Shown here in pieces: positions 1-6,207 of a DNA stretch of 30,030 nucleotides. The stretch is from a virus. Taxonomy: Duplodnaviria; Heunggongvirae; Uroviricota; Caudoviricetes. The stretch lies in the IMG/VR virus record IMGVR_UViG_2778261231_000012. The stretch is one strand, 5' to 3'. The notes beneath the pieces are model-generated. The model did no database searches. It had not been told where the DNA came from and saw only the letters and a program-made list of their open reading frames with translations. Both the position numbers and the translations under genes were made by a program. Positions within the stretch are counted from its first letter, which is position 1. Each line of letters opens with the position of its first letter.

Positions 1-6
1 GCTGCG

Positions 7-462
7 ATGGAAATTGATGATGACTTTGACAGCGCGTTTGAACACGGAAAAGCTGTCGGCTGGAACGCCTATCGCGCAGCAATGCTTCAGGGTGCCAAAC
101 CTGTAACGACGGCTTACAAGTTGCGCGATGCGGTGGAAACCATTCGCAACTCCGGCATTGAAATCGACGCTGAGAAAATCTTTGCAGAGCGCGATGCTCT
201 CAACGCTCCTGATTGCTGGTGCCGCACCTGCCGCCCGGTGACCATTTCCGACATGCGCTTCGTCGTTTGCCCTGAATGCGGTAACAAGCGCTGCCCTCAT
301 GCCAATGACCACCGTAATGCATGCACCGGAAGCAATGAACCAGGTCAGGAAGGTAGCGCGTATCCAGCAGCACCGCAGCAGGAGGTTACTCAGGCGCTTG
401 CCAAAGGCATGGAACGTTATGGCGATGCCATGCGGGAGCTGGCGAAGAAGGAGGAGAAGTGA
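7..462 (+). CDS. hypothetical Cys-rich protein (zinc-ribbon-like); frame is open to the window edge, so the true start may lie upstream
   Basis: 151-codon ORF in track; cysteine cluster CWCRTCRP...CPECGNKRCPH; stop overlaps next start (GTGATGG); lies upstream of a tR2-like hairpin and ninB as in a lambdoid early-right operon. Confidence 0.45.
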   Translation: MEIDDDFDSAFEHGKAVGWNAYRAAMLQGAKPVTTAYKLRDAVETIRNSGIEIDAEKIFAERDALNAPDCWCRTCRPVTISDMRFVVCPECGNKRCPHANDHRNACTGSNEPGQEGSAYPAAPQQEVTQALAKGMERYGDAMRELAKKEEK

Positions 463-707
463 TGGAAATCATCCAGGGTACATGCAGCTGCGGCGAGCCA
501 ATCAGCATCGAGTTAAACGCCCATCCGAAGTCATGCGGACGCACCGACAGGAAGAGGCCGTTTTATCCGGATGAGAATGTAGAGCCCGAGGTGATAGGTC
601 AGTTTATTTATTCGCAGGATGGTGTAACGGTTTTTCGGTGCAGGAAGTGCTCCGGTTGGATTGCTGACACCGTTCCTGAAGCTGCGCTAAAGGTGCCGGA
701 TGCCTAA
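459..707 (+). CDS. hypothetical small zinc-ribbon protein
   Basis: 82-aa ORF with C-x-C ... C-x2-C pairs (CSCG ... CRKCSG); coupled to the upstream ORF by overlapping stop/start. Confidence 0.45.
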   Translation: MMEIIQGTCSCGEPISIELNAHPKSCGRTDRKRPFYPDENVEPEVIGQFIYSQDGVTVFRCRKCSGWIADTVPEAALKVPDA

Positions 708-726
708 CCCATCCGACGCATAAGAA

Positions 727-755
727 ACAGGCCTTTTCGGAGGCCTTTCTCTTGC
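727..755 (+). terminator. tR2-like intrinsic terminator candidate upstream of the nin region
   Basis: aggcc-N8-ggcct hairpin followed by T-rich tract tttctctt; same relative position as lambda tR2 (before ninB). Confidence 0.35.
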
Positions 756-935
756 GTTGATTTTGTTGAATCAACCGTCCATACTATCTGTACTGACGGC
801 CTGAACACCCGTCAGTGACTTCTGCGCATTTAAGGGGACTTAAATGCGACCACAATATGAACTTCTCACCTTGTCACAGATGCAGAAATGCACCTGCGAT
901 TTTCTGCATTCTGCGTTACCTCTCGGAGGTGGCGT

Positions 936-1373
936 ATGAAACAGCCTGTTTTCTACCTCCGCGACGAACGCGTTCGCGATAACCTCATCGACTACATCAG
1001 GAAGCTGCCTGTTAACGACGCTCTGCCGCTCGTGGTGAAGTTTTCTGAGGCTGACCGCACTCTCGCCCAAAACGACCTCTTCCACGCTCTCTGTGGCGAT
1101 ACAGCGAAGCAATTGCAATGGGCTGGCAAGTCGCGCGACCTCGCTTCATGGAAAGTCCTGTATGTCTCAGGCCATGCCATTGCCACCGGTAAGCCTGGTG
1201 AAGTGGTGCCGGGTCTGGAAGGGGAGTTCTGCGCCATCCGGGAAAGCACTGCGAAGATGGGCATCCGTCGCATGACCAGTCTCATCGAATACAGCCAGGC
1301 ATTTGCTGTGCAAAACGGCGTGCAACTCCGTGAAGTTCGCTACTCAGGTGATTACTTCGGGAGGGTTGCGTAA
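936..1373 (+). CDS. ninB: NinB-family recombination protein
   Basis: Translation resembles recalled lambda NinB (LAQNDLFHALCGD, WKVLYVS..., SLIEYSQAFAVQNGV); ATG 936 preceded by GGAGGTGG SD; the track start at 888 is an unsupported extension. Confidence 0.85.
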   Translation: MKQPVFYLRDERVRDNLIDYIRKLPVNDALPLVVKFSEADRTLAQNDLFHALCGDTAKQLQWAGKSRDLASWKVLYVSGHAIATGKPGEVVPGLEGEFCAIRESTAKMGIRRMTSLIEYSQAFAVQNGVQLREVRYSGDYFGRVA

Positions 1374-1543
1374 TGGCTAGCCCTCTCGCTCGCATCATCA
1401 CCAACGAAATCTACCGGGTCCGGACACGCACTAAGCGCAAGCCTGAACTCAAGCCATCCGAAATCCCATCACTGCTCGGCTACACCGCGCGACTGACCCA
1501 GGTGAAATGGGATCGCCTGAAAGCGCGGAGGTCACATGGCTAA
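1373..1543 (+). CDS. ninE: NinE-like small protein (56 aa; below the 60-aa cutoff of the ORF track)
   Basis: ATG overlaps the ninB stop (TAATGG); translation [56 protein letters not shown] matches the recalled lambda NinE pattern (RTRNKPKPIPKESDV...YTAHLWDIRWLRRRARK). Confidence 0.7.
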   Translation: MASPLARIITNEIYRVRTRTKRKPELKPSEIPSLLGYTARLTQVKWDRLKARRSHG

Positions 1544-1826
1544 TTTATGCAAAGCGGCACGCGGCCGCGATTGTCAGGTGCGGATCCCCGGCGTATGCAA
1601 CGGCAATCCTGAAACCTCAGTACTGGCTCACATACGTCTTGCTGGTCTATGCGGGACCGGAATCAAGCCGCCTGACCTGATCGCCACCATCGCATGCAGC
1701 AGTTGCCACGACGAGATTGATCGCCGCACCCGTCTGGTCGATGCGGAATTTGCAAAGGAGTGCGCGCTGGAAGGCATGGCTCGCACGCAGGTCATCTGGC
1801 TTAAAGAGGGGCTCGTGAAAGCATGA
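1536..1826 (+). CDS. DUF1364-family phage protein (YbcO/NinX-like)
   Basis: 96-aa [29 protein letters not shown]... with multiple Cys; overlaps ninE end and precedes rusA, as in the DLP12-type order ninE-ybcO-rusA. Confidence 0.6.
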   Translation: MANLCKAARGRDCQVRIPGVCNGNPETSVLAHIRLAGLCGTGIKPPDLIATIACSSCHDEIDRRTRLVDAEFAKECALEGMARTQVIWLKEGLVKA

Positions 1827-2185
1827 ATGAATACCGCATTAGCCTCCCGTGGCCGCCGAGCAACAACCGCTACTACCGGCATAACCGCGGGCGCACGCAC
1901 ATCAGCACAGAGGGGCAGGCGTACCGCGACAGTGTCGCCAGAATCATCAAAGACTCAATGCTGGATATCGGCCTGGCTACACCCGTGAAAATACGCATTG
2001 AGTGCCATATGCCGGATCGCCGCCGCCGCGACCTGGACAATCTGCAAAAGGCCGCGTTCGACGCCCTGACGAAATCCGGGTTCTGGCTCGATGACCAACA
2101 AGTCGACTACTACAGCGTGAAGAGAATGCCGGTCGTCAAAGGCGGCAGACTTGAACTGACCATTACTGAACTGGAGTCCGCATGA
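1823..2185 (+). CDS. rusA: crossover junction endodeoxyribonuclease RusA (Holliday junction resolvase)
   Basis: 120-aa translation is near-identical over its length to recalled E. coli RusA ([21 protein letters not shown]...[28 protein letters not shown]...[10 protein letters not shown]). Confidence 0.9.
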   Translation: MNEYRISLPWPPSNNRYYRHNRGRTHISTEGQAYRDSVARIIKDSMLDIGLATPVKIRIECHMPDRRRRDLDNLQKAAFDALTKSGFWLDDQQVDYYSVKRMPVVKGGRLELTITELESA

Positions 2186-2328
2186 CATTCGAATCCTACT
2201 TTGCTGATCATCTTCGTCTGCGATGGACTCGGTTACGCATCTATCGTCACCCGGGTTCATTTGCTACGGACTACCGAATTTTACGCAATTACATCAGCCG
2301 CTATAAACCATCAGGAGCAGAAGCATGA
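2182..2328 (+). CDS. small basic protein (48 aa), position-equivalent to DLP12 ylcG
   Basis: ATG overlaps the rusA stop (ATGA) and its stop overlaps the next gene's start (ATGA), i.e. translational coupling at both ends; translation [48 protein letters not shown]; below the ORF-track size cutoff. Confidence 0.5.
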   Translation: MTFESYFADHLRLRWTRLRIYRHPGSFATDYRILRNYISRYKPSGAEA

Positions 2329-3089
2329 ATCTCGAAAACACAGTGAAATACCACTTCGCGAAGTCAACGATGATTAGCGACGCTCCACGTGCAACCGCAT
2401 CTGACTCATTAACCGGCACTGACATTATGGCGGCGATCGGAATGACACAGAGCCGGGCTGATCTCGGGTTCAGTGCATTCCTCGGTAAGATGGATATCAG
2501 CGATTACGATCGCGAGCGAGCAATTGACCTGCTGACCAAATATGCAATTGAGCACTGCGATAAGGTTGCCGCCTTACGCAAGCTTGAGAGCGATGTTAAG
2601 CCAAAGGTAATGCAAGTTCTCGCAACTTTCGCCTTTGCTGATTACTCCCGGAGCGCCGCCAGTACCAGAACGTGCGACTGCTGCAATGGAAATAAGTTTG
2701 TCGAAGCTGAAGTAATGACGATGAAGCATATCGGACAGCCACACCTTAGCGAAAAAAGAGAGATGGTTAAGGTGCTTTGCCACAAATGCAAAGGGAAGGG
2801 TGCTCTGACCAACGCATGCCAGTGCAATGGCAAAGGAACAGTATTAGACAAAGAGAAAACTATTCTACAGCGCGGCGTTCCTGCATATAAAACCTGTACG
2901 CGCTGCAATGGGCGTGGTTATGCCAGATTGCTACCTGATAGCGTCCGTAAATACATCTGCGTAACGGTGATGGATATACCTGAAACCACGTGGCGCAGGT
3001 CTTACAAGGATTTTTTCGAAAGTCTGGTAGGTGAGTGCATCAAGCAGGAAGAGTACGCAAACCAGATGTTGAACAAAGTCACGCGATAG
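2325..3089 (+). CDS. putative late-gene antiterminator (Q-like) with DnaJ-type CxxCxGxG zinc-finger repeats
   Basis: 254-aa ORF with AGGAG SD; four Cys motifs CDCCNGNK, CHKCKGKG, CQCNGKG, CTRCNGRG; sits between the nin/rusA block and a promoter/terminator pair preceding the lysis cassette, the canonical Q position. Confidence 0.45.
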   Translation: MNLENTVKYHFAKSTMISDAPRATASDSLTGTDIMAAIGMTQSRADLGFSAFLGKMDISDYDRERAIDLLTKYAIEHCDKVAALRKLESDVKPKVMQVLATFAFADYSRSAASTRTCDCCNGNKFVEAEVMTMKHIGQPHLSEKREMVKVLCHKCKGKGALTNACQCNGKGTVLDKEKTILQRGVPAYKTCTRCNGRGYARLLPDSVRKYICVTVMDIPETTWRRSYKDFFESLVGECIKQEEYANQMLNKVTR

Positions 3090-3131
3090 TGAATGTTTTC
3101 TATGAAATAGGATTTATCTAGAAAACTACAC

Positions 3132-3160
3132 TTTACAAAGTGGCGATTTTTGTTTAATCT
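3132..3160 (+). promoter_or_regulatory. sigma70-type promoter candidate in the pR' position (late promoter)
   Basis: TTTACA (3132-3137), 17-bp spacer, TAATCT (3155-3160), about 45 bp after the Q-like stop. Confidence 0.35.
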
Positions 3161-3194
3161 GAAATCAATGATGGAGTAGTGCATTCATTCGATG

Positions 3195-3224
3195 GCCCTG
3201 AGTTAATAGCTCGGGGCTTTTTTG
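3195..3224 (+). terminator. intrinsic terminator (tR'-like) about 30-55 nt downstream of the predicted late transcription start
   Basis: 8-bp stem gccctgag/ctcggggc (one G-U), 7-nt loop, then TTTTTTG. Confidence 0.6.
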
Positions 3225-3240
3225 TATCTGCACAACAGAT

Positions 3241-3478
3241 AATTGCATTGGGGTGACCGGTTAATCCCGTTACGCTAACCGAAACAGGCGCAGTGCAATT
3301 ATCGTTGTGGTGAATGCGCAGGCTGATGCGCTAACTTATCAGCTAGATGGTGAGGTAAAGGCTCACCATGGCGACGACGGGTAGTTCATTTACATGCCGG
3401 AAAACACAGCACCGGTCACCACACACCAAATACCTACCAGGACCATAAGAGCAAAAGCTCAACGCACTACCCTCTATT
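3241..3478 (+). ncRNA. candidate structured non-coding RNA region between Q and the holin
   Basis: No ORF longer than a few codons on the + strand; hairpins at 3316-3331 and 3347-3369; 10-nt long-range complement 3252-3261 (ggtgaccggt) / 3411-3420 (accggtcacc); ends at a strong intrinsic terminator. Confidence 0.25.
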
Positions 3479-3505
3479 GCCCACCGCGCCGTGGGCTTTT
3501 TTATT
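3479..3505 (+). terminator. intrinsic terminator immediately upstream of the lysis cassette
   Basis: gcccac-cgcgcc-gtgggc hairpin followed by TTTTTTATT. Confidence 0.65.
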
Positions 3506-3609
3506 GCAGGCCGCAGATATCATTTTCAGATGCCATGTAGCAATCAGAGTCTGACGGCCTTTCCCCTACAAACACACACAGCGCCATCCGAAAAATCGGA
3601 GGTGAGGCT

Positions 3610-3888
3610 ATGACCAGAATGAGCACTATTTACAGCAGACTTTCATATGGAACAGGAACCACGCTGACCGGCTGCGGTGTATCAGCGAAGGCATATGCCG
3701 AAACAGCTAAAACAGCAAAAGAGGTGTCCTGGATGTTGGCCGACAGAATTGCAGGGTTAAGCCTGAGCGACTGGGCAATTATTGTCGGTATCGCATGCAC
3801 GGTAATCACCTGTGCAGTGAACTGGTATTTCCGCTGGAAAGAACGGGAGGATCGGCGCAATGGCTATGTCTCTAAAGCTGAAGAATAA
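3610..3888 (+). CDS. holin, S21-like pinholin class with dual-start motif (MTRM)
   Basis: 92 aa; GGAGG SD; Met1/Met4 separated by Arg (holin/antiholin dual start); weakly hydrophobic Gly/Ala/Thr-rich first TMD, second TMD WAIIVGIACTVITCAVNWYF, charged C-terminus REDRR as in recalled phage 21 S. Confidence 0.8.
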   Translation: MTRMSTIYSRLSYGTGTTLTGCGVSAKAYAETAKTAKEVSWMLADRIAGLSLSDWAIIVGIACTVITCAVNWYFRWKEREDRRNGYVSKAEE

Positions 3889-4408
3889 ATTGAGCGCAGC
3901 GGTCGTTGGTTTGATTCTTGCCGGGGCTTCCGCACCCGTGATTCTCGATCAGTTTCTGGATGAGAAAGAGGGTAACAGCTTGACAGCATATCGCGACGGC
4001 GGCGGACTCTGGACCATTTGCCGTGGTGCAACAATGGTTGATGGCAAGCCAGTAGTACAGGGCATGAAGCTGTCAGCTGAGAAATGCGCCCAGGTAAACG
4101 CCATTGAACGCGACAAGGCGCTGGCGTGGGTTGACCGAAATATCAAAGTACCACTGACCGAACCACAGAAAGCGGGTATCGCTTCTTTCTGCCCATATAA
4201 CATCGGCCCCGGAAAATGTTTCCCGTCTACGTTCTATAAGCGAATTAATGCTGGCGATACGAAAGGAGCCTGTGAAGCTATCCGCTGGTGGATTAAAGAC
4301 GGTGGCCGCGATTGCCGCCTGACCAAGGGCCAGAAGGATGGATGTTATGGGCAGGTAGAACGGCGGGACCAGGAAAGCGCACTGACGTGCTGGGGGATAG
4401 ACCAGTGA
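3860..4408 (+). CDS. SAR endolysin (T4-lysozyme-like, GH24) with N-terminal signal-anchor-release domain
   Basis: N-terminal Gly/Ala-rich TMD LSAAVVGLILAGASAPVIL; catalytic spacing E-x8-D-x5-T in EGNSLTAYRDGGGLWT; overlaps holin 3' end; start may be 3860 or 3866. Confidence 0.85.
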   Translation: MAMSLKLKNKLSAAVVGLILAGASAPVILDQFLDEKEGNSLTAYRDGGGLWTICRGATMVDGKPVVQGMKLSAEKCAQVNAIERDKALAWVDRNIKVPLTEPQKAGIASFCPYNIGPGKCFPSTFYKRINAGDTKGACEAIRWWIKDGGRDCRLTKGQKDGCYGQVERRDQESALTCWGIDQ

Positions 4409-4908
4409 AGCCGGGTGGCATCTGCATCATTGTGATTGTTGCGTTGGTAGGTTCGTTTCTCGCTGGCAGTGAGTGGACGAACCGCAGCTGGAAAATAAAG
4501 TGGGCTGACCGGGATAGCGCGGAATCTTCACAGGAAGCGAATGCACAGACCGCAGCTCGTATGATTGAACAAGGGCGAACAATCGCCCGGGATGAGGCCG
4601 TTAAAGATGCTCAAGCTCAAGCAGCGAGCGCTGCCGTTACTTCTGCTGGCCTGGCTACCACTGTTAAGCAGCTGCGCGCCGAAGCAACAAAACTCGCTAC
4701 CCACATGGACGCCGCAAAGCACACCGCAGATCTCGCCACTTCCGTCAGAAGCAAAACAGCCGGAGCCAACGCAGCAATGCTTGCCGACATGCTCGGAAGC
4801 CTTGCAGAAGCAGCTCGATATTATGCTGGACGATCTGACGAAAGCTACCGGGCAGGAATGACGTGTGAGCGGATTTACGAATCAGTGCGACTGTCGAATA
4901 ACCAATAG
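4405..4908 (+). CDS. Rz: i-spanin Rz
   Basis: GTG start overlapping the endolysin stop (GTGA); N-terminal TMD ICIIVIVALVGSFLAGS; Ala/Gln-rich coiled-coil-like periplasmic domain; contains Rz1 embedded in the +1 frame. Confidence 0.8.
   Translation: MKPGGICIIVIVALVGSFLAGSEWTNRSWKIKWADRDSAESSQEANAQTAARMIEQGRTIARDEAVKDAQAQAASAAVTSAGLATTVKQLRAEATKLATHMDAAKHTADLATSVRSKTAGANAAMLADMLGSLAEAARYYAGRSDESYRAGMTCERIYESVRLSNNQ
4592..4861 (+). CDS. Rz1: o-spanin Rz1 (lipoprotein) fully embedded in Rz
   Basis: Signal peptide with lipobox LSSC (LLLLAWLPLLSSC); proline-rich mature part; alternative start at ATG 4607. Confidence 0.75.
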   Translation: MRPLKMLKLKQRALPLLLLAWLPLLSSCAPKQQNSLPTWTPQSTPQISPLPSEAKQPEPTQQCLPTCSEALQKQLDIMLDDLTKATGQE

Positions 4909-4915
4909 GCGATTC

Positions 4916-5164
4916 ATGCTGCTAGTTTTCGTCCTCTTGTCGATATGGCTCTGTCGGCAACATGAGGAACGCCGCTGGCCTTCGGTCGGCTTTAATGTCT
5001 CATCGCTGATGCTCATCACCGAGCAACCGGCACAATTCCTGAATTTGAAGCTGATAATGGTGAGATTATCCCCGGTTATACCGGACTTATCGCCTATTCA
5101 GAATCACTGGATCACGGTGTGTTGCAACTCGACGACTAGCGGCATTACAGCAGGCATTCACTGA
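4916..5164 (+). CDS. possible small membrane protein (uncertain)
   Basis: ORF beginning MLLVFVLLSIWLC (one predicted TMD) right after Rz; no convincing SD; followed by the hairpin at 5183-5201. Confidence 0.2.
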   Translation: MLLVFVLLSIWLCRQHEERRWPSVGFNVSSLMLITEQPAQFLNLKLIMVRLSPVIPDLSPIQNHWITVCCNSTTSGITAGIH

Positions 5165-5182
5165 GTGCCTGTGATAATGCAA

Positions 5183-5201
5183 CAGCCCGTACAAAACGGG
5201 C
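5183..5201. terminator. hairpin between convergent genes (candidate bidirectional terminator)
   Basis: agcccgt-acaaa-acgggct perfect 7-bp stem between the stop of the + strand ORF (5164) and the stop of the - strand gene (5208). Confidence 0.4.
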
Positions 5202-5207
5202 TTGGAT

Positions 5208-5822
5208 TTATCTCTTTGTTGCGTTCATGGTCACATGGTAAACGAATTGGCTAAATTGGTTATCCCAGCGCCCATTATGATTAGCTGCAACTAATTGCAT
5301 TAACGCCTGCATTAACTTGCTGAACAGCAAGATTAACTTAAGTCTGTTTTTTGAACTGTCACTATCTAAGGAAACTTCTTCGGTTAATTGATTCTCGGCG
5401 TTAAAAATACCCAGTTTTGATTCTTCCATGCTGGGTTCCGTTGGATGCTGTTTAAAGTATTCAGTCAGAGTATCCTTCAGGCTCTGGATCCTTGAATCAG
5501 CAATGCTTTGTATTGATGGATTGTGTGCAAGGTCATTACGCATTGAGTTGATGGTTTTAAGTGATTTCATAAGTTCCGGGGGGATTCCCAGGTTTCCCGC
5601 CATGGATATTTTAGTATTACATTCGATTAAAAGTTTGTTTTTATCTCTTCCAAAGAGATCTTGGCAGTCACAGCATGCGCATATCCATGCTTCGACCATG
5701 CGCTCACAAAGTAGGTGAATGCGCAATGTAGTACCCACATCGTCATCGCTTTCCACTGCTCTCGCGAATAAAGATGGAAAATCAATCTCATGGTAATAGT
5801 CCATGAAAATCCTTGCATTCAT
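5208..5822 (-). CDS. hypothetical protein with HEPN-like R-N-x-x-A-H motif; candidate abortive-infection/defence moron in the lambda bor position
   Basis: 204-aa antisense ORF with GGAGG SD 4 nt before ATG; motif SMRNDLAHN at residues 94-101; locally A+T-rich DNA; transcribed against the late operon with a hairpin after its stop. Confidence 0.6.
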   Translation of the reverse strand: MNARIFMDYYHEIDFPSLFARAVESDDDVGTTLRIHLLCERMVEAWICACCDCQDLFGRDKNKLLIECNTKISMAGNLGIPPELMKSLKTINSMRNDLAHNPSIQSIADSRIQSLKDTLTEYFKQHPTEPSMEESKLGIFNAENQLTEEVSLDSDSSKNRLKLILLFSKLMQALMQLVAANHNGRWDNQFSQFVYHVTMNATKR

Positions 5823-5841
5823 AAATCCTCCAGGTAGCTAT

Positions 5842-6033
5842 ATGCAAATTGAAACAAAAGAGATGGTGATCTTTCTAAGAGATGATGGAATCTCCCTTCA
5901 GTATCCCGATGGTCAATGCGCTGGATATGGGATAGATGGGAATATGCTGATTTTTATGGGACAGAGTTGCGAACTGTTCCCAACTAAAATCATTTTGCAC
6001 GATCAGCGCACTACGAACTTTACCCACAAATAG
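5842..6033 (+). CDS. possible small ORF (63 aa from ATG) in the divergent intergenic region; doubtful
   Basis: Track ORF 5803-6033; weak SD; no recognisable motif; may simply be promoter/leader DNA for the flanking divergent genes. Confidence 0.15.
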   Translation: MQIETKEMVIFLRDDGISLQYPDGQCAGYGIDGNMLIFMGQSCELFPTKIILHDQRTTNFTHK

Positions 6034-6121
6034 TCAGGTAATGAATCCTGATATAAAGACAGGTTGATAAATCAGTCTTCTACGCGCATCGCACGCGCAC
6101 ATCAAAGAGAGTCTTTCAGTA

Positions 6122-6188
6122 GTGAGCCTGGGTGATGCCGTTAGGTTGCGTTTACCTCTCGGGCGGCATTGCCGTGCGACAGGCTCAC
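6122..6188 (+). promoter_or_regulatory. long nested stem-loop in the 5' leader of the 6208 gene
   Basis: gtgagcctg (6122-6130) pairs with caggctcac (6180-6188); inner atgccg (6135-6140) with cggcat (6164-6169); innermost aggt/acct; ends 5 nt before the AAGGA SD. Confidence 0.4.
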
Positions 6189-6207
6189 GCCTAAAAGGAA
6201 ATATTCC

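Noticed and set aside
888-935. N-terminal extension of ninB from the track ORF start at 888
   Set aside because: ATG 936 has a good GGAGGTGG Shine-Dalgarno and matches the NinB N-terminus; the upstream extension has no SD.
3241-3478. Possible tRNA gene(s) between Q and the lysis cassette, as found in some Stx phages
   Set aside because: No cloverleaf could be built; no GTTCRANYC T-loop with flanking stems and no 7-bp acceptor pairing.
4312-4404. Long N-terminal extension of the Rz ORF (track 4312-4908) overlapping the endolysin
   Set aside because: Rz is expected to start with its TMD just after the endolysin; GTG 4405 overlaps the endolysin stop and gives the typical i-spanin N-terminus.
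5428-5818. Plus-strand ORF 5428-5718 and minus-strand ORF 5627-5818 inside or overlapping the HEPN-like gene
   Set aside because: Both are alternative-frame or antisense shadows of the 5208-5822 gene, which is longer and has a proper SD.
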